64,000 nt of DNA from Treponema sp. (lineage in GTDB: Bacteria; Spirochaetota; Spirochaetia; Treponematales; Treponemataceae): assembly GCA_016297405.1 (NCBI GenBank), contig JAEDGP010000003.1:2081-66080 (forward strand), in the 5' to 3' direction. Positions 9,459 to 20,517 of this stretch are shown one piece after another (within the stretch, counting starts at the first letter, position 1; every line of letters begins with the position of its first letter). Position numbers and translations under genes: made by a program. The notes beneath the pieces were generated by a model that saw nothing but the letters and a program-made list of their open reading frames with translations, searched no databases and was not told the origin of the DNA.

Positions 9459-9875
9459 CTATTTTCTAATCACAGTACCAAGCTGCGAGAATTCAAAATT
9501 AGTCATGGAAGTCAAAAGTCTGTATTGCATCTGAATCTGAAGGATATTGTTTGCTTCTGTTTCTGCATCAACATTGTTTCCGTTCGCTTTCGAAGTTGTT
9601 TCATAATCAAGAACGCGACGTGGTTCTACATCGCGGTAATCATAGGGCTGATTCAATTCAAAATGACGGCTATCTGAACGTGTGAGCTTGAATCCACTCC
9701 TGGCTTTTTCTTCAGATTCAAAGGCGCGCTTAAGTTCACTTTCAAAATTGACCTTTGTGCGCTTGAAATTTGGAACTTCACTGTTGGCAAGATTATTTGC
9801 AGTAACATTATAACGAAGAGTTGTAACATCCAATGCTCTTTGGAGCAAATCGACCGATCTTGTAAAACTATTCAT
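9459..9875 (-). CDS. flgB: Flagellar basal-body rod protein FlgB
   Basis: ANNLANSEVPNFK, NGNNVD; start moved to ATG 9875 (AAGGA RBS). Confidence 0.95.
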   Translation of the reverse strand: MNSFTRSVDLLQRALDVTTLRYNVTANNLANSEVPNFKRTKVNFESELKRAFESEEKARSGFKLTRSDSRHFELNQPYDYRDVEPRRVLDYETTSKANGNNVDAETEANNILQIQMQYRLLTSMTNFEFSQLGTVIRK

Positions 9876-9893
9876 ATTGACATCCTTTATATT

Positions 9894-9921
9894 ATTTTCG
9901 GATGCAAAAAAGAATTGTTTA
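9894..9921 (-). promoter_or_regulatory. Sigma28 (FliA)-type promoter of flgB
   Basis: TAAA(9921-9918)-N16-CCGAAAAT, close to TAAA-N15-GCCGATAA, about 20 nt upstream of flgB ATG. Confidence 0.7.
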
Positions 9922-10070
9922 GTTTTTTTTGAAGTTAAACAGTAAAGGCTGTCCATTCTGTACGATTTCTTGCAAAAGCAATTTTTTCAGGATCCTGTCC
10001 AACGATCAACTGCAGTCGCAAAATGTACTTTTCAGACAGCCTATGCCTAAAAAACAACTTTTTGTCTATT

Positions 10071-11510
10071 TTACAGAATATATCTGCTAAGATCCTGATT
10101 CCGGGCGATATCGGAAAGTTTTGAATCAACATAAGACGAATCGATGGTTACGGTTTCACCATTATGCTCATCTGCATCAAAGCTTATCTCATCAAGAACC
10201 TTTTCCATTATCGTGTGAAGCCGTCTGGCTCCAATATTTTCACTTTTGCCGTTTACCTCTTCGGCAATTTCGCTCATACGATCGATGGCATCTTCTGTAA
10301 ATTCAAGCTTGACGCCTTCAGTTCCCAACAAGGCAGTATACTGCATGACAAGTGAATTTTTCGGTTCTTTCAGGATTCTTTTGAAATCTTCTTTATGAAG
10401 GCTTTCCAGTTCAACACGAAGAGGAAAACGCCCCTGAAGCTCAGGAATCAAGTCACTTGGAGCTGCAACACTGAATGCACCAGCAGCGATAAAAAGAATA
10501 TGAGTCGTATTTATTACTCCCCATTTTGTATTAACGTTACTGCCTTCAACAATCGGAAGAATATCGCGCTGCACTCCTTCCCGGCTTACGCTCTGCCCCT
10601 GGGCTTCCCCACGAACAGCAATCTTATCTATTTCATCAATAAAAATAATACCTCTCTGCTCAACCCTTTCCTTTGCGATGTCTGAAACCTTATCCACATC
10701 TACCATACTGTCCAACGTTTCTTCTGTAAGGATTTTTCTAGCTTCTCTGATAGAAACACTTTTCTTCTTGTTTCTGTGCCCACTAAGCATTCCAGCAAGA
10801 TTCTGCATGCTATTTTGAAGATCATCAAGACTGCCGCCAGCGATAATTTCCATGCTCGGCATATTTGGCGTTTTATGAACGTTAATTTCAACTTCACGGT
10901 CTTCAAGTTTGCCTTCACGAAGCATTGCACGGAATTTTTCTCTTGTAGAAAGATTCGTATCACTTTTGGCATCCCCAGGAATTACAGATGAATCACCAAG
11001 AATGATTACATCTCCAGCATTTTCTGTTGTCCTGGAAACAGCAAACTCTTCACTATTAGCATCGTTTTTCTTTTCTTTTTTTGAAGTTCCTGGAAGCAAA
11101 AGATCCAAAAGCTTTTCTTCAACCACGGACACGCTCTTTTCTCTAAGCAGATCTTCCATTTCGGCTTTTACATCTTTGTATCCTACAGCCATAAGATCAC
11201 GTATCATGGATTCAACGTCACGACCAACATACCCAACTTCTGTATATTTTGTGGCTTCCACTTTCAAAAATGGCGCATTACAAAGCTTTGCAAGTCGTCG
11301 GGCAATCTCTGTTTTTCCCACACCAGTTGGTCCAATCATAAGAATATTTTTTGGTGCAACTTCATCTCGAATTTCTTCAGGAAGCTTGCATCGTCGTTCC
11401 CGATTACGAAGAGCCACAGCAACAGCCCTTTTTGCCTTATTCTGTCCGATAATATACTGATCTAATTCAGATACGATCTGTTTTGGTGTCAAATCAATTT
11501 TGGTTTCCAT
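10071..11510 (-). CDS. hslU: ATP-dependent protease ATPase subunit HslU
   Basis: [36 protein letters not shown]-terminal DLSRYIL; ATG 11510 after GAGG. Confidence 0.97.
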   Translation of the reverse strand: METKIDLTPKQIVSELDQYIIGQNKAKRAVAVALRNRERRCKLPEEIRDEVAPKNILMIGPTGVGKTEIARRLAKLCNAPFLKVEATKYTEVGYVGRDVESMIRDLMAVGYKDVKAEMEDLLREKSVSVVEEKLLDLLLPGTSKKEKKNDANSEEFAVSRTTENAGDVIILGDSSVIPGDAKSDTNLSTREKFRAMLREGKLEDREVEINVHKTPNMPSMEIIAGGSLDDLQNSMQNLAGMLSGHRNKKKSVSIREARKILTEETLDSMVDVDKVSDIAKERVEQRGIIFIDEIDKIAVRGEAQGQSVSREGVQRDILPIVEGSNVNTKWGVINTTHILFIAAGAFSVAAPSDLIPELQGRFPLRVELESLHKEDFKRILKEPKNSLVMQYTALLGTEGVKLEFTEDAIDRMSEIAEEVNGKSENIGARRLHTIMEKVLDEISFDADEHNGETVTIDSSYVDSKLSDIARNQDLSRYIL

Positions 11511-11533
11511 GTAATTCCTCTGCAAAGCTGAAA

Positions 11534-12073
11534 TTAAAGTTCTTCAACTGTAATATGATTGTTAGTGTAAATGCAAATGTTTCCTGCAATCTTCAGTGAT
11601 TTTTCGGCAATTTCCTTTGCACTCAAATCTGAAGAATCTAAATATGCCAGAGCAGCAGCATAAGCGTAGTTTCCGCCGGAACCGATGGCAAGCACATCAT
11701 TTTCAGGCTCAATGACATTTCCGTCTCCGCTGATCAGCAGAATCTTGTCTTTATCTGCAACTAGCAAAAGCGCTTCCAGTTTCTGCAGCATTTTTTCCGT
11801 TCGCCACAGCTTTGCAAGTTCCACTGAAGCACGAGTCAAATCCCCATTAAATTCCTTGATTTTCGTCTCAAACCTATCGAACAAAGTAAAGGCATCTGCA
11901 ACACTGCCTGCAAAGCCGGTAATGATCTTGCCGTCATATATTTTCCTAACCTTACGGGCATTACCTTTCATTACAGTATTTCCGGCTGTCACCTGACCAT
12001 CGCCAGCCATAGCAACGTGGCCATTTCTTTTTACAGCAACAACAGTAGTGCTGCGTATTTTGTTATCACTCAT
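11534..12073 (-). CDS. hslV: ATP-dependent protease peptidase subunit HslV
   Basis: TTVVAV...AGDGQVT, IGSGG, ICIYTN; ATG 12073 after AGGGG. Confidence 0.97.
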   Translation of the reverse strand: MSDNKIRSTTVVAVKRNGHVAMAGDGQVTAGNTVMKGNARKVRKIYDGKIITGFAGSVADAFTLFDRFETKIKEFNGDLTRASVELAKLWRTEKMLQKLEALLLVADKDKILLISGDGNVIEPENDVLAIGSGGNYAYAAALAYLDSSDLSAKEIAEKSLKIAGNICIYTNNHITVEEL

Positions 12074-12110
12074 AAATACCCCTGTTTTTAATAATTTCAT
12101 TTACCACAAC

Positions 12111-13013
12111 CTATGAATGAGGATGGGCTTTACTATATATCTCTATTAACTGCTCTGTGGTTAAATGAGTATACCTTTGGGTAGTGCTTACACTTGCATG
12201 CCCCAGCATCTCCTGAACCACACGAACATCAGCGCCATTTCCAAGCATGCTTGTTGCAAAAGTATGCCTTAAAGCATGAGGTGAAACATGATGATTGGTT
12301 CCTTCCGGTCCTGTATATCTGGAAAGGATATATCGAATTCCATTCGTTGTCAGCGCTCCACCTTTCTGATTCACAAAAACTTCTTTCGCAGAATCAATTA
12401 TGCCCTCTTTTACAAAGCGTTTCTTTCTGTCATCCAGATATATGGACAAAGCCTGTCTGGCATCTTCTTCAAAATAAACCCTTCGATCCTTATTTCCTTT
12501 TCCCCTTACCATGGCAGAAGACATGCCACGCTCCAAATCAGAAATTTTCAGCATAACTATTTCACCAACGCGGCAACCGGACGAATAAAGAATCTCAAAA
12601 ATAGCTTTATCCCTGGTCTCCCACAAAAGCTCATTACTTTCTGGCATACTGCAAAGTTCATCGACTTCAGGTCCAGTTAAAAACCTTGGTATATGAACTG
12701 GAACTTTTACGGTTTTTAATTCCAAAGCCGGATTTCCTTTAATATAACCAAATTTCCTGCAATAAGCAAAAAAAGTTCGTACAGAAGCAATATATCGGTT
12801 TATACTCGCATTAGAAAGATTTTTTTTTGAAAGGAAAGCAATCGTCAATCTAAGCTGTTCAGTGGAAAGGCTTTCAACAAGCACATCTGTACCAACCTGA
12901 TTCATCAAATGTTCCAGATCCTTTCTATATGCAATAATCGTATTTTCTGAAAGTGTACGAACTGATTCAAGATAAACAAAAAATTCCTGTGTAAGCTCAC
13001 CTATCGTGTTCAT
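12111..13013 (-). CDS. xerC: Tyrosine recombinase, XerC-like
   Basis: Intact R (GCRVGE), K (GKGNK), HALRH, LGH, TTQRY; topA-xer-hslVU context; ATG 13013 after GAGGA. Confidence 0.85.
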   Translation of the reverse strand: MNTIGELTQEFFVYLESVRTLSENTIIAYRKDLEHLMNQVGTDVLVESLSTEQLRLTIAFLSKKNLSNASINRYIASVRTFFAYCRKFGYIKGNPALELKTVKVPVHIPRFLTGPEVDELCSMPESNELLWETRDKAIFEILYSSGCRVGEIVMLKISDLERGMSSAMVRGKGNKDRRVYFEEDARQALSIYLDDRKKRFVKEGIIDSAKEVFVNQKGGALTTNGIRYILSRYTGPEGTNHHVSPHALRHTFATSMLGNGADVRVVQEMLGHASVSTTQRYTHLTTEQLIEIYSKAHPHS

Positions 13014-13023
13014 CTGTTCCTCG

Positions 13024-13063
13024 AAAAACAGGCTGCCGAAAACCACAAAACTGCCGGCAACCC
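13024..13063 (-). terminator. Terminator-like hairpin between topA and xerC
   Basis: Minus strand GGGTTGCCGG...TCGGCAGCCT followed by GTTTTT, directly before the xerC RBS. Confidence 0.55.
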
Positions 13064-13070
13064 ATAATCA

Positions 13071-15221
13071 TTAATCCTCCGAAGAATCCTCTGGCATCAC
13101 CACTGGAGATTCTTCATCTGCAGAATGCAAATAATCACAATCAGGATTGATGCAGGATTTATAAGACCCGTTTTTCTTGTCATATTTTTCAACAAGGAAC
13201 CATCCGCATTTTGGACAGCTTGCATCAATCGGCTTAAAATGACTAATAAAATTACAAGCAGGATAATTTGTACAACCAAAGAATTCCTTGCCACGACCTC
13301 TTTGCTTTCTTGAAACAATTTCACCGTTACATCCAGCAACAGGACATTTTGCCAAAGGAATTGACTTTGTATTATGACATTCAGGGAATCCAGAACATGC
13401 CAGGAAAAATCCAAAGCGACCAAGCTTTTTCATCATCATCTTTCCGCATTTCTCGCAAACCTTATCAGTCGGTTCATCAAGGCTTCCCTTTACGCTCTGA
13501 ACATTTTTCATAACTTCGTCTACCCGCTGCTTGAACGGAGAAAAGAAATCTCCAATCATACTGTTCCAGACAAGTTCATCCTGTTCAACTTTATCAAGAT
13601 TATTTTCTACATCGGCAGTAAAATGCTCATTGATTACCTGAGGGAAAGATTCAACCAAAATCTTACAAATCATTCGACCAAGCTGAGTTGGCACAAGCTG
13701 CTTATTGCTTCTGGTAATGTAATACCTGTCAAGAAGAACAGTAATGATAGGCGAATAGGTAGATGGACGACCAATGCCTTTGTCTTCAAGCATTCTGATG
13801 ATTGAAGCATCAGTATAGCGAGCCGGTCCCTGAGTAAAATGCTGTTCTGGATAGAATTTATCAGAAGCGATAACTTCTCCTACCTTCAGATTAGGAAGAT
13901 TTCCTGTCTTTTCTTCTTTTGAAGACAGCAGCTTGATTACATTGTAAAAACCTTTTTCTGTGATCTTGCTTACACTAACACGGAACACAGCCTCTCCAGC
14001 GGTAATTTCTGCACTGGTTGTGGTTGTCTTTGCATTATTCATCTGACTGGAAACAAAACGTTCCCAAATGATTGTATAAAGACGAAGCTGGTCTCGTGTA
14101 AGATATTCCTTAACGGAATCAGGAGTGTATTCTGTATATGTTGGACGAATACCTTCATGTGCATCCTGGGCAGATTTAGAAGCACTGTAATGAATTGGTT
14201 CTGGCGGTAGTTCTGCAGGATAATTATTTGAAAGCCACTTGCGAACATCGTCCAAAGCTGTCTGAGAAATGCGCACAGAGTCTGTTCGCATATAGGTAAT
14301 AAGACCAACACGGCTTGAACCAATATTTATACCTTCATAAAGCTGCTGTGCTATCTGCATTGTTTTTCTGGAAGTAAAACCTAAACGGTTAGCACTGGCC
14401 TGCTGAAGCTTCGAAGTTGTAAAAGGTGGTTTTGGGCGAACAGTTTTTTCTGTTTGCTTAATATCAGAAACAATACATTCAGAATTCTTGATCTGTTCGA
14501 TAATATCTTTTACAGTTTGCTCATTTTTAAGTTCAGGTTTATCGCCTTTGTATTTTACAAGCTGTGCTGTAAATCTTGTTTTGCCTTTCACAAAATCCGC
14601 ATCAAGGGACCAATATTCTTCAGGAATAAAGTTTTCTACTTCCTCTTCCCGTTCGCAAATCAGGCGAAGGGCAACAGACTGAACACGTCCTGCAGAAAGA
14701 CCATTTTTTACCTTTGCCCACAAAAGAGGACTAAGGTTGTAGCCTACCAGGCGATCCAAAACACGACGAGCCTTCTGGGCGTTTACCTTTGACTCTATGA
14801 TTTCACCAGGATGCTGCACAGCTTCTTTTATGGCAACCGGTGTAATTTCATTGAAAACGATTCGGCTGATTTTTGCATCAGTTTTGTCTTTTAGAGCATT
14901 ATTCAAATGCCAGGCAATTGCTTCTCCTTCACGATCATTATCCGATGCAAGAAGAACAAAATCGCTTTTTTTGGCATCTTTCTGAAGTTCCTTTAAAAGC
15001 TTTGCCCGGCCACGAACTGTTATATATTCTGGTTGAAAATTATTTTCCACATCAATTGCAAGACGCGACTTTGGCAAATCGATAAGGTGCCCCATGGAAG
15101 CCTTAACCGTATAACCAGGCCCCAGGTACTTTTCGATTGTGTGCGCCTTTGCAGGAGACTCTACAATAACAAGAGTCTGAGGAATTTTAGATTTTTTCGC
15201 AGAAGATTTTTTTTCAGCCAT
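13071..15221 (-). CDS. topA: DNA topoisomerase I
   Basis: LVIVESPAKA, DNDREGEAI, SAGRVQS, ITYMRTDS, GIGRPSTY, C-terminal Zn ribbons. Confidence 0.98.
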   Translation of the reverse strand: MAEKKSSAKKSKIPQTLVIVESPAKAHTIEKYLGPGYTVKASMGHLIDLPKSRLAIDVENNFQPEYITVRGRAKLLKELQKDAKKSDFVLLASDNDREGEAIAWHLNNALKDKTDAKISRIVFNEITPVAIKEAVQHPGEIIESKVNAQKARRVLDRLVGYNLSPLLWAKVKNGLSAGRVQSVALRLICEREEEVENFIPEEYWSLDADFVKGKTRFTAQLVKYKGDKPELKNEQTVKDIIEQIKNSECIVSDIKQTEKTVRPKPPFTTSKLQQASANRLGFTSRKTMQIAQQLYEGINIGSSRVGLITYMRTDSVRISQTALDDVRKWLSNNYPAELPPEPIHYSASKSAQDAHEGIRPTYTEYTPDSVKEYLTRDQLRLYTIIWERFVSSQMNNAKTTTTSAEITAGEAVFRVSVSKITEKGFYNVIKLLSSKEEKTGNLPNLKVGEVIASDKFYPEQHFTQGPARYTDASIIRMLEDKGIGRPSTYSPIITVLLDRYYITRSNKQLVPTQLGRMICKILVESFPQVINEHFTADVENNLDKVEQDELVWNSMIGDFFSPFKQRVDEVMKNVQSVKGSLDEPTDKVCEKCGKMMMKKLGRFGFFLACSGFPECHNTKSIPLAKCPVAGCNGEIVSRKQRGRGKEFFGCTNYPACNFISHFKPIDASCPKCGWFLVEKYDKKNGSYKSCINPDCDYLHSADEESPVVMPEDSSED

Positions 15222-15229
15222 AACAACCT

Positions 15230-16321
15230 CTAAATGGACAATTCCAGCTGTCCGTTTTCCTTTATTTTACAATGCCGTTCTCCAGGTTTTTCCATACGAA
15301 AACGACAATAATCTTTATAATCTTCAATGACTGGAGCACCGCACTCAATGTATTTTGCGCAAGTATTCTCAATCTTGCTTTTAGAAATCTGCCCTAAAGC
15401 AAGCTGAGTTTCCAGCTTTGAATGGAGATATTTTCCCACAACGTCCGCATTTTTGCAAAAGCAGGACTTATGAAAAGCCACATCCCTATTGTATTCAAGC
15501 GCGAACTGCGCGGTTATAAGAGCCCCGCTTCCATCCGGTGCCTGCACAACCACAGTAGAAGGCGACAAAGCTGCAATGATTCTGTTTCTCTGAACAAATC
15601 GCCATTTTTCGCTTGGAACGCCAGGAACATATTCGCTGATTATGCATCCGCCTGTCTTTATTATGGATTCGGCAAGCTTTCTGTTTGTTGAAGGAACCAC
15701 AGCGTCACAGCCACAAGGCAGAACAGCACATGTTTTTCCAACAACCCCAACGTCAATTCCTTTTTCCTGTGCATGGTAAAAAGCCTGAACACTTCCGGTA
15801 TGAGCAGCTGCATCCACTCCTGCCGCAAGGCCAGAAACTACTGTCACTCCATCAAGGCAAGCGTCTTTTGCAAAAGCAACGGCACCTTCCCTTCCTTCTG
15901 GAGTGATATGTCTTGTTCCAACTACAGAAACAGTTCTTTCGCCCAAAATAGAGATATCCCCATAATAAAAAAGGACGAAGGGCGCATTGGAAGTTTCACG
16001 AAGTAAAGCTGGATAAAGGGCATCGGAATAAGTTACACCTTTTATGCCTTTTGCTTTCAGCAGCGCAACTTCCTTTTCGGTGGCAGCAAGTCGTTCCATG
16101 CCATTCCAAACCGCGCGCTTAATTTCTCTATTGCAAAAACAAGAAATCTCTTCTATAGACAATATTGCAAGTTCTTTGGTGCTGTCAAGTTTTTTAAACA
16201 AATTTATCTTTTCAGCAAGGGAAAGAAATGAAATTCCTGCAAGTGAGACAAGTAGTTTTTCCTTTTCGGGATTAATCTTCGAACTGAATATCAAGGCAGA
16301 TCTTTTTATTTTGCTTTGCAA
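15230..16321 (-). CDS. dprA: DNA-processing protein DprA/Smf (start uncertain)
   Basis: VVGTR, VSGLAAGVDAAAH, ISEY, FVQRNRIIAALS, SGALITA. Confidence 0.92.
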   Translation of the reverse strand: MQSKIKRSALIFSSKINPEKEKLLVSLAGISFLSLAEKINLFKKLDSTKELAILSIEEISCFCNREIKRAVWNGMERLAATEKEVALLKAKGIKGVTYSDALYPALLRETSNAPFVLFYYGDISILGERTVSVVGTRHITPEGREGAVAFAKDACLDGVTVVSGLAAGVDAAAHTGSVQAFYHAQEKGIDVGVVGKTCAVLPCGCDAVVPSTNRKLAESIIKTGGCIISEYVPGVPSEKWRFVQRNRIIAALSPSTVVVQAPDGSGALITAQFALEYNRDVAFHKSCFCKNADVVGKYLHSKLETQLALGQISKSKIENTCAKYIECGAPVIEDYKDYCRFRMEKPGERHCKIKENGQLELSI

Positions 16322-16988
16322 GTTTTACCATATCATCAGATTTGCAGTTATCTATGATATTGTCATATTGTTCTATTGCCTTTGAATAATTCCCGGTAAG
16401 ATAATATGCCTCACCCAATCGGAACATTCCGTCATAATGGCGTTTTTCGATTGACAAAAGCTTTTCAAAATACGGAACGGCTTTTTCCGGTTCATCAAGG
16501 AAATTGGTATACAAAACTCCAAGCCCATATAAAACCCCGGTATTCCTGTCATCAATTTTATTGGATGCAATGTAGCATTGTTCGGAAAGCTTCAGATATT
16601 CCATTTTTTCCGAAGCCTTTACCAACGGATTATTTGCCATGTAGCCTGCACAAACCGCTGCGTAATAATAAATTATCGGATTTTCCGGATAGATTTTGGA
16701 TGCATTGGTGAAGGCGTCCAAGGCTTTGTCCCACATCTTTTTGTCCATATAGCGGGTACCAAGAATCTTGTACCAGATGCCAATCTTGTCATACTTCTTG
16801 ATCAATTCCTGAGCTTCGCCATCATACTGCTTGATACCTTCTTCAATATTTTCGGCATTTCCAGGATTACCTGAGTACTTTTCCATGTTTTCTATTCGAG
16901 CTTTCAGCAAATCCTTATTGGAATAATTGCAGGCACAGAAAACCAATGAGGCTGCAACCAGTGCAGCAATGAAAGAAACTTTTTTCAT
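16272..16988 (-). CDS. TPR lipoprotein
   Basis: Signal peptide with Cys lipobox (LVFCAC); multiple TPR helices. Confidence 0.8.
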   Translation of the reverse strand: MKKVSFIAALVAASLVFCACNYSNKDLLKARIENMEKYSGNPGNAENIEEGIKQYDGEAQELIKKYDKIGIWYKILGTRYMDKKMWDKALDAFTNASKIYPENPIIYYYAAVCAGYMANNPLVKASEKMEYLKLSEQCYIASNKIDDRNTGVLYGLGVLYTNFLDEPEKAVPYFEKLLSIEKRHYDGMFRLGEAYYLTGNYSKAIEQYDNIIDNCKSDDMVKLAKQNKKICLDIQFED

Positions 16989-17944
16989 TTTTCCTCCGAT
17001 TTATTTTTATGACCAGGGAAGTACTTCTGATGATAATCTGAAAGCTCTTTATCGTCAACATGAGTGTATATTTGTGTTGTCGCAAGATCTGTATGTCCCA
17101 AAAGTTGCTGAACTGAACGAAGATCAGCCCCGCCCCATAGCAGATGAGTTGCAAAGGAGTGTCGAAGAGTATGAACTTTGGAATCAATGCCTGAAACATT
17201 TTCCAAAGCCTGAAACCTTTTCCAGATACCTTTTCTGCTGATGCCTTCACCTCTGTAGTTCACAAAAACAAACGGAACGCTCTTTATTCCCACGAGGGCG
17301 GGTCGAGCCTGATGCATATACAGCTGAAGTTTTTCAAAAGCCCGCATTCCAAAAGGAACAATGCGTTCCTTGTTGCCCTTACCTCTGACCAGAATCAAAT
17401 GTTCATGCATGTGCAGATTTTCGACTAAAAGCCCGGCAGCCTCGCTGATTCTTAATCCGCATGAATAAATCAGTTCGAAAAGCGCACTATCACGAATGCC
17501 TTCAGGAGTAGACGTATCTATTGCATCAAGCAAATTTTCTATTTCTTCAACAGAAAGAACTTTGGGAAGATTCCTGGAAGCTTTAGGCCGATCCAAAAGC
17601 AAAGCTATGTTTTCTTTCCAGATTCCCAGGCGAACAAGATAGGAACCAAAGGATCTTAACGAAGAAATGTCTTTTGCCACTGTTAAAGGCGAATTGCCTG
17701 AAGTCTTTCTCCAGGCAAGAAAATAAATCAAATCCTGTATTTCAAGCAACGCAAGTTTTTTTTGATTTTCAACACACCAATGCAAAAAAGTTTCAGCGGA
17801 AAGACGGTATGTAATTGCAGTCTGTTCCGAATGTCTTGAAACCAGTATCAAATCTGAATAGAACCTGCTAAGCAGGTCCTGAACCTTATCTTCTACCAAA
17901 GTTAATTGTGCTTGAAAGATTTCTCTCGCGAGCTTCTCTTGCAC
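16985..17944 (-). CDS. xerD: Tyrosine recombinase, XerD-like (true start probably slightly downstream)
   Basis: LPKVLS, RDSALFELIYSCGLRISE, GKGNKER, HTLRHSFATHLL, LGH, TTQIY. Confidence 0.88.
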   Translation of the reverse strand: MQEKLAREIFQAQLTLVEDKVQDLLSRFYSDLILVSRHSEQTAITYRLSAETFLHWCVENQKKLALLEIQDLIYFLAWRKTSGNSPLTVAKDISSLRSFGSYLVRLGIWKENIALLLDRPKASRNLPKVLSVEEIENLLDAIDTSTPEGIRDSALFELIYSCGLRISEAAGLLVENLHMHEHLILVRGKGNKERIVPFGMRAFEKLQLYMHQARPALVGIKSVPFVFVNYRGEGISRKGIWKRFQALENVSGIDSKVHTLRHSFATHLLWGGADLRSVQQLLGHTDLATTQIYTHVDDKELSDYHQKYFPGHKNKSEEK

Positions 17945-19235
17945 GCTTTCTTTGCAATGCAGACTGAGAAGAATCTGTTACATCTGCCTTTGTTGCAAAA
18001 CTTCCAAATGCAGAAGGATTATATACAGGCTTTTCTGCTTCAAGTTCATCTACCGGTTTCTTTTCATTGTCAAATCCATCATTAAAAGAAAAATTATCAT
18101 TAGCTTCATCGAAGCCTACAGATTCTGTGTTATCTTTAAGAGGATTATGGAAAAGCTTATCATAATCATCTGAATTGAAAACATTAGGATCTTTCTTTTC
18201 CGATTCACTTGGCTCGATGATTACAGGCTCTTCGATTTTGTTCTTTGTCTGATCGTTGAAACCAGTAGCAATGACAGTCACACTAATACTGTCACCCATG
18301 CTCTCATCAATCACAATACCAGGTTTCAAATCATATCCTGGGCAAGCAGAAGCTGTTACGATATTTGAAATTTCCTTAAGCTCATTAAGATTAAAATCAC
18401 TGCTGGCGCGAACATTTACCAGGAAATGTTTTGCTCCATCGATTTTTGTATCCTCAAGCAAAGGATTGTTTATTGCCCTTTGAGCTGCATCTACGGCGCG
18501 GTTTTCTCCAGAAGCATTCCCAATGCCAAACAAAGCTGTCCCCTGACCTCTCATGGCTGCACGAACATCAGCAAAGTCAATATTCGGAGTTCCATAATCG
18601 GTGATGATTGTAGACATTCCTTCAATGCTCTGTCTAAGCAAATCGTCGGCGGCAAGGAACTGCTGCTTAAAATTCATCTGTTTTGATTCACCATCAAAAA
18701 CTTCACAAATCTTGGCATTTGGAATGACGATTATGGAATCAACTGCCTCACGAAGTTTTTTAAGCCCTTCCCTGGCATGTTCCATGCGCATTTCCCCTTC
18801 CCATTCAAATGGGGTAGTTACAATGCCTACCGCAAGAGCACCGATTTCCTTTGCAATGCGGGCAACCACAGGAGCTGAACCAGTTCCAGTTCCACCACCC
18901 ATTCCTGCGGTAATGAAAACCATATTTGCACCTTTAAGAATATTCTGAATTGCTTCCTTATCTTCTTCAGCAGCCTTTTCACCAATATCAGGATCTCCGC
19001 CAGCTCCAAGTCCCTGAGTCAATTTTTGCCCGATTGCAAGACGTTTTGGAGCCGAAGATTTTCCCAATGCAAGCAAATCGGTATTCAAAGCAATGAATTC
19101 CACATTCTTAAAATTTGCTTCGATCATTCTATTCACGGCATTAGAACCGCCGCCGCCACATCCAATAACCTTGATTACAGTTGGACTTGCAACGCTTACA
19201 CTAGATCCTTTATCATTAACTACTTCGTATTCCAT
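17886..19235 (-). CDS. ftsZ: Cell division protein FtsZ
   Basis: [27 protein letters not shown] 19235 after GGAGG. Confidence 0.97.
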   Translation of the reverse strand: MEYEVVNDKGSSVSVASPTVIKVIGCGGGGSNAVNRMIEANFKNVEFIALNTDLLALGKSSAPKRLAIGQKLTQGLGAGGDPDIGEKAAEEDKEAIQNILKGANMVFITAGMGGGTGTGSAPVVARIAKEIGALAVGIVTTPFEWEGEMRMEHAREGLKKLREAVDSIIVIPNAKICEVFDGESKQMNFKQQFLAADDLLRQSIEGMSTIITDYGTPNIDFADVRAAMRGQGTALFGIGNASGENRAVDAAQRAINNPLLEDTKIDGAKHFLVNVRASSDFNLNELKEISNIVTASACPGYDLKPGIVIDESMGDSISVTVIATGFNDQTKNKIEEPVIIEPSESEKKDPNVFNSDDYDKLFHNPLKDNTESVGFDEANDNFSFNDGFDNEKKPVDELEAEKPVYNPSAFGSFATKADVTDSSQSALQRKRAREARERNLSSTINFGRR

Positions 19236-19255
19236 TTTTCCTCCCACACCCCTGA

Positions 19256-20500
19256 CTAGAAAAATTTCTTTATGATTTTCTTAATATTTTCAAGATTTCC
19301 TGTCTTTTCGGAAGACACAACCTTTGCTTTTTTCGTTCGTTTGGTAGCTCTTGAGTTTTCTCTGCCTCTGCCGTAAATTACAAGTCCCACAGCAGCATCC
19401 CATTCAGGTCCCGCATAATCTTCTTCGATTCCACCCATTTTTTCCGGGAATCCCACACGAACAGCAGAAGTTCCAAAAACATCCTGAACAAGCTCTACAA
19501 TGCCATCAAGATTTGCGCCCCCACCAGTAAGAATGATATTGCCGGCAAGTCTTGTAATAGTAGAACCTTCCATGATTTTGTCACGAACAATCATGAGGAT
19601 TTCTTCCATGCGGGCAGTAATGATTTCACAAAGTTCAGAACGTGGAAATTCCTGAGGAGGTCTTCCACCAAGACCATTTACGATTACAGTCTCGTCAGGA
19701 TTTATATTTTCCATCCAACAGCTTCCTGACTGAATTTTCAACGTTTCGGCATCAGCCAAAGAAATACCTTTTTCAATATAGATATCCTGTGTAATCATAT
19801 TTCCGCCAACAGGCACTGAATCAGTGAAAACAGGAGAGTCGTTTAAAATAACAAGAATGTCGGTGGTGCCTGCTCCAAGATCTATGATAATGGACCCAAG
19901 ATCCCTTTCGTCTTTTGTAACAACCGAATAGCTGCATGCAAGTGTTTTAGGAAGAATAGTATCTACAAAATATCCGGCACGTCCCACACTTGATTTTATG
20001 TTCTGCAAAGTTGTTCTTGAAGCAGAAATTATATGAAACGAACCTTCAAGTTTATATCCGATCTGGTTAATGGGATCTTTTACACCCCTATTGTCATCTA
20101 CAGTAAATTCCTGGCAAACATCGCAAAGAATTTCCCTGTCATCTGGAATCTTAATTGCAAAAGCAGATTCCTTTACGCGACGCACATCATCGGCATCAAC
20201 TTCACGGCTGCCTCTGCCTTTTTTTGATATTGCAACCTTTCCTGTTGTATTAAGTCCTTCAATCTGCTCGCCGCCAATGTCAGTAATTACAGAATGTACG
20301 TCAACGCCACCATTCTGTTCCGCATTTTCAATCGCTTTGCGTATTACATTTGATGCAGCTTCAATATTCACAATATTTCCATTGCGCATTCCCGAAGATT
20401 TTTCTGAAGCTGTTCCGATAATACGAAATCTTCCGTCAACGTCAGTTTCCCCAATGACAACACGGACATTACTTGTACCGATATCAAGACCTACAACCAT
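19256..20500 (-). CDS. ftsA: Cell division protein FtsA
   Basis: GLDIGTS, IDLGAGTT, LTGGGA. Confidence 0.96.
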   Translation of the reverse strand: MVVGLDIGTSNVRVVIGETDVDGRFRIIGTASEKSSGMRNGNIVNIEAASNVIRKAIENAEQNGGVDVHSVITDIGGEQIEGLNTTGKVAISKKGRGSREVDADDVRRVKESAFAIKIPDDREILCDVCQEFTVDDNRGVKDPINQIGYKLEGSFHIISASRTTLQNIKSSVGRAGYFVDTILPKTLACSYSVVTKDERDLGSIIIDLGAGTTDILVILNDSPVFTDSVPVGGNMITQDIYIEKGISLADAETLKIQSGSCWMENINPDETVIVNGLGGRPPQEFPRSELCEIITARMEEILMIVRDKIMEGSTITRLAGNIILTGGGANLDGIVELVQDVFGTSAVRVGFPEKMGGIEEDYAGPEWDAAVGLVIYGRGRENSRATKRTKKAKVVSSEKTGNLENIKKIIKKFF

Positions 20501-20517
20501 CTATTCCCACCAAATGA

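Noticed and set aside
12111..17944. Integrative element bounded by two tyrosine recombinases
   Set aside because: Both are XerC/D-type, the enclosed genes (topA, dprA, TPR) are core, and no att repeats are visible
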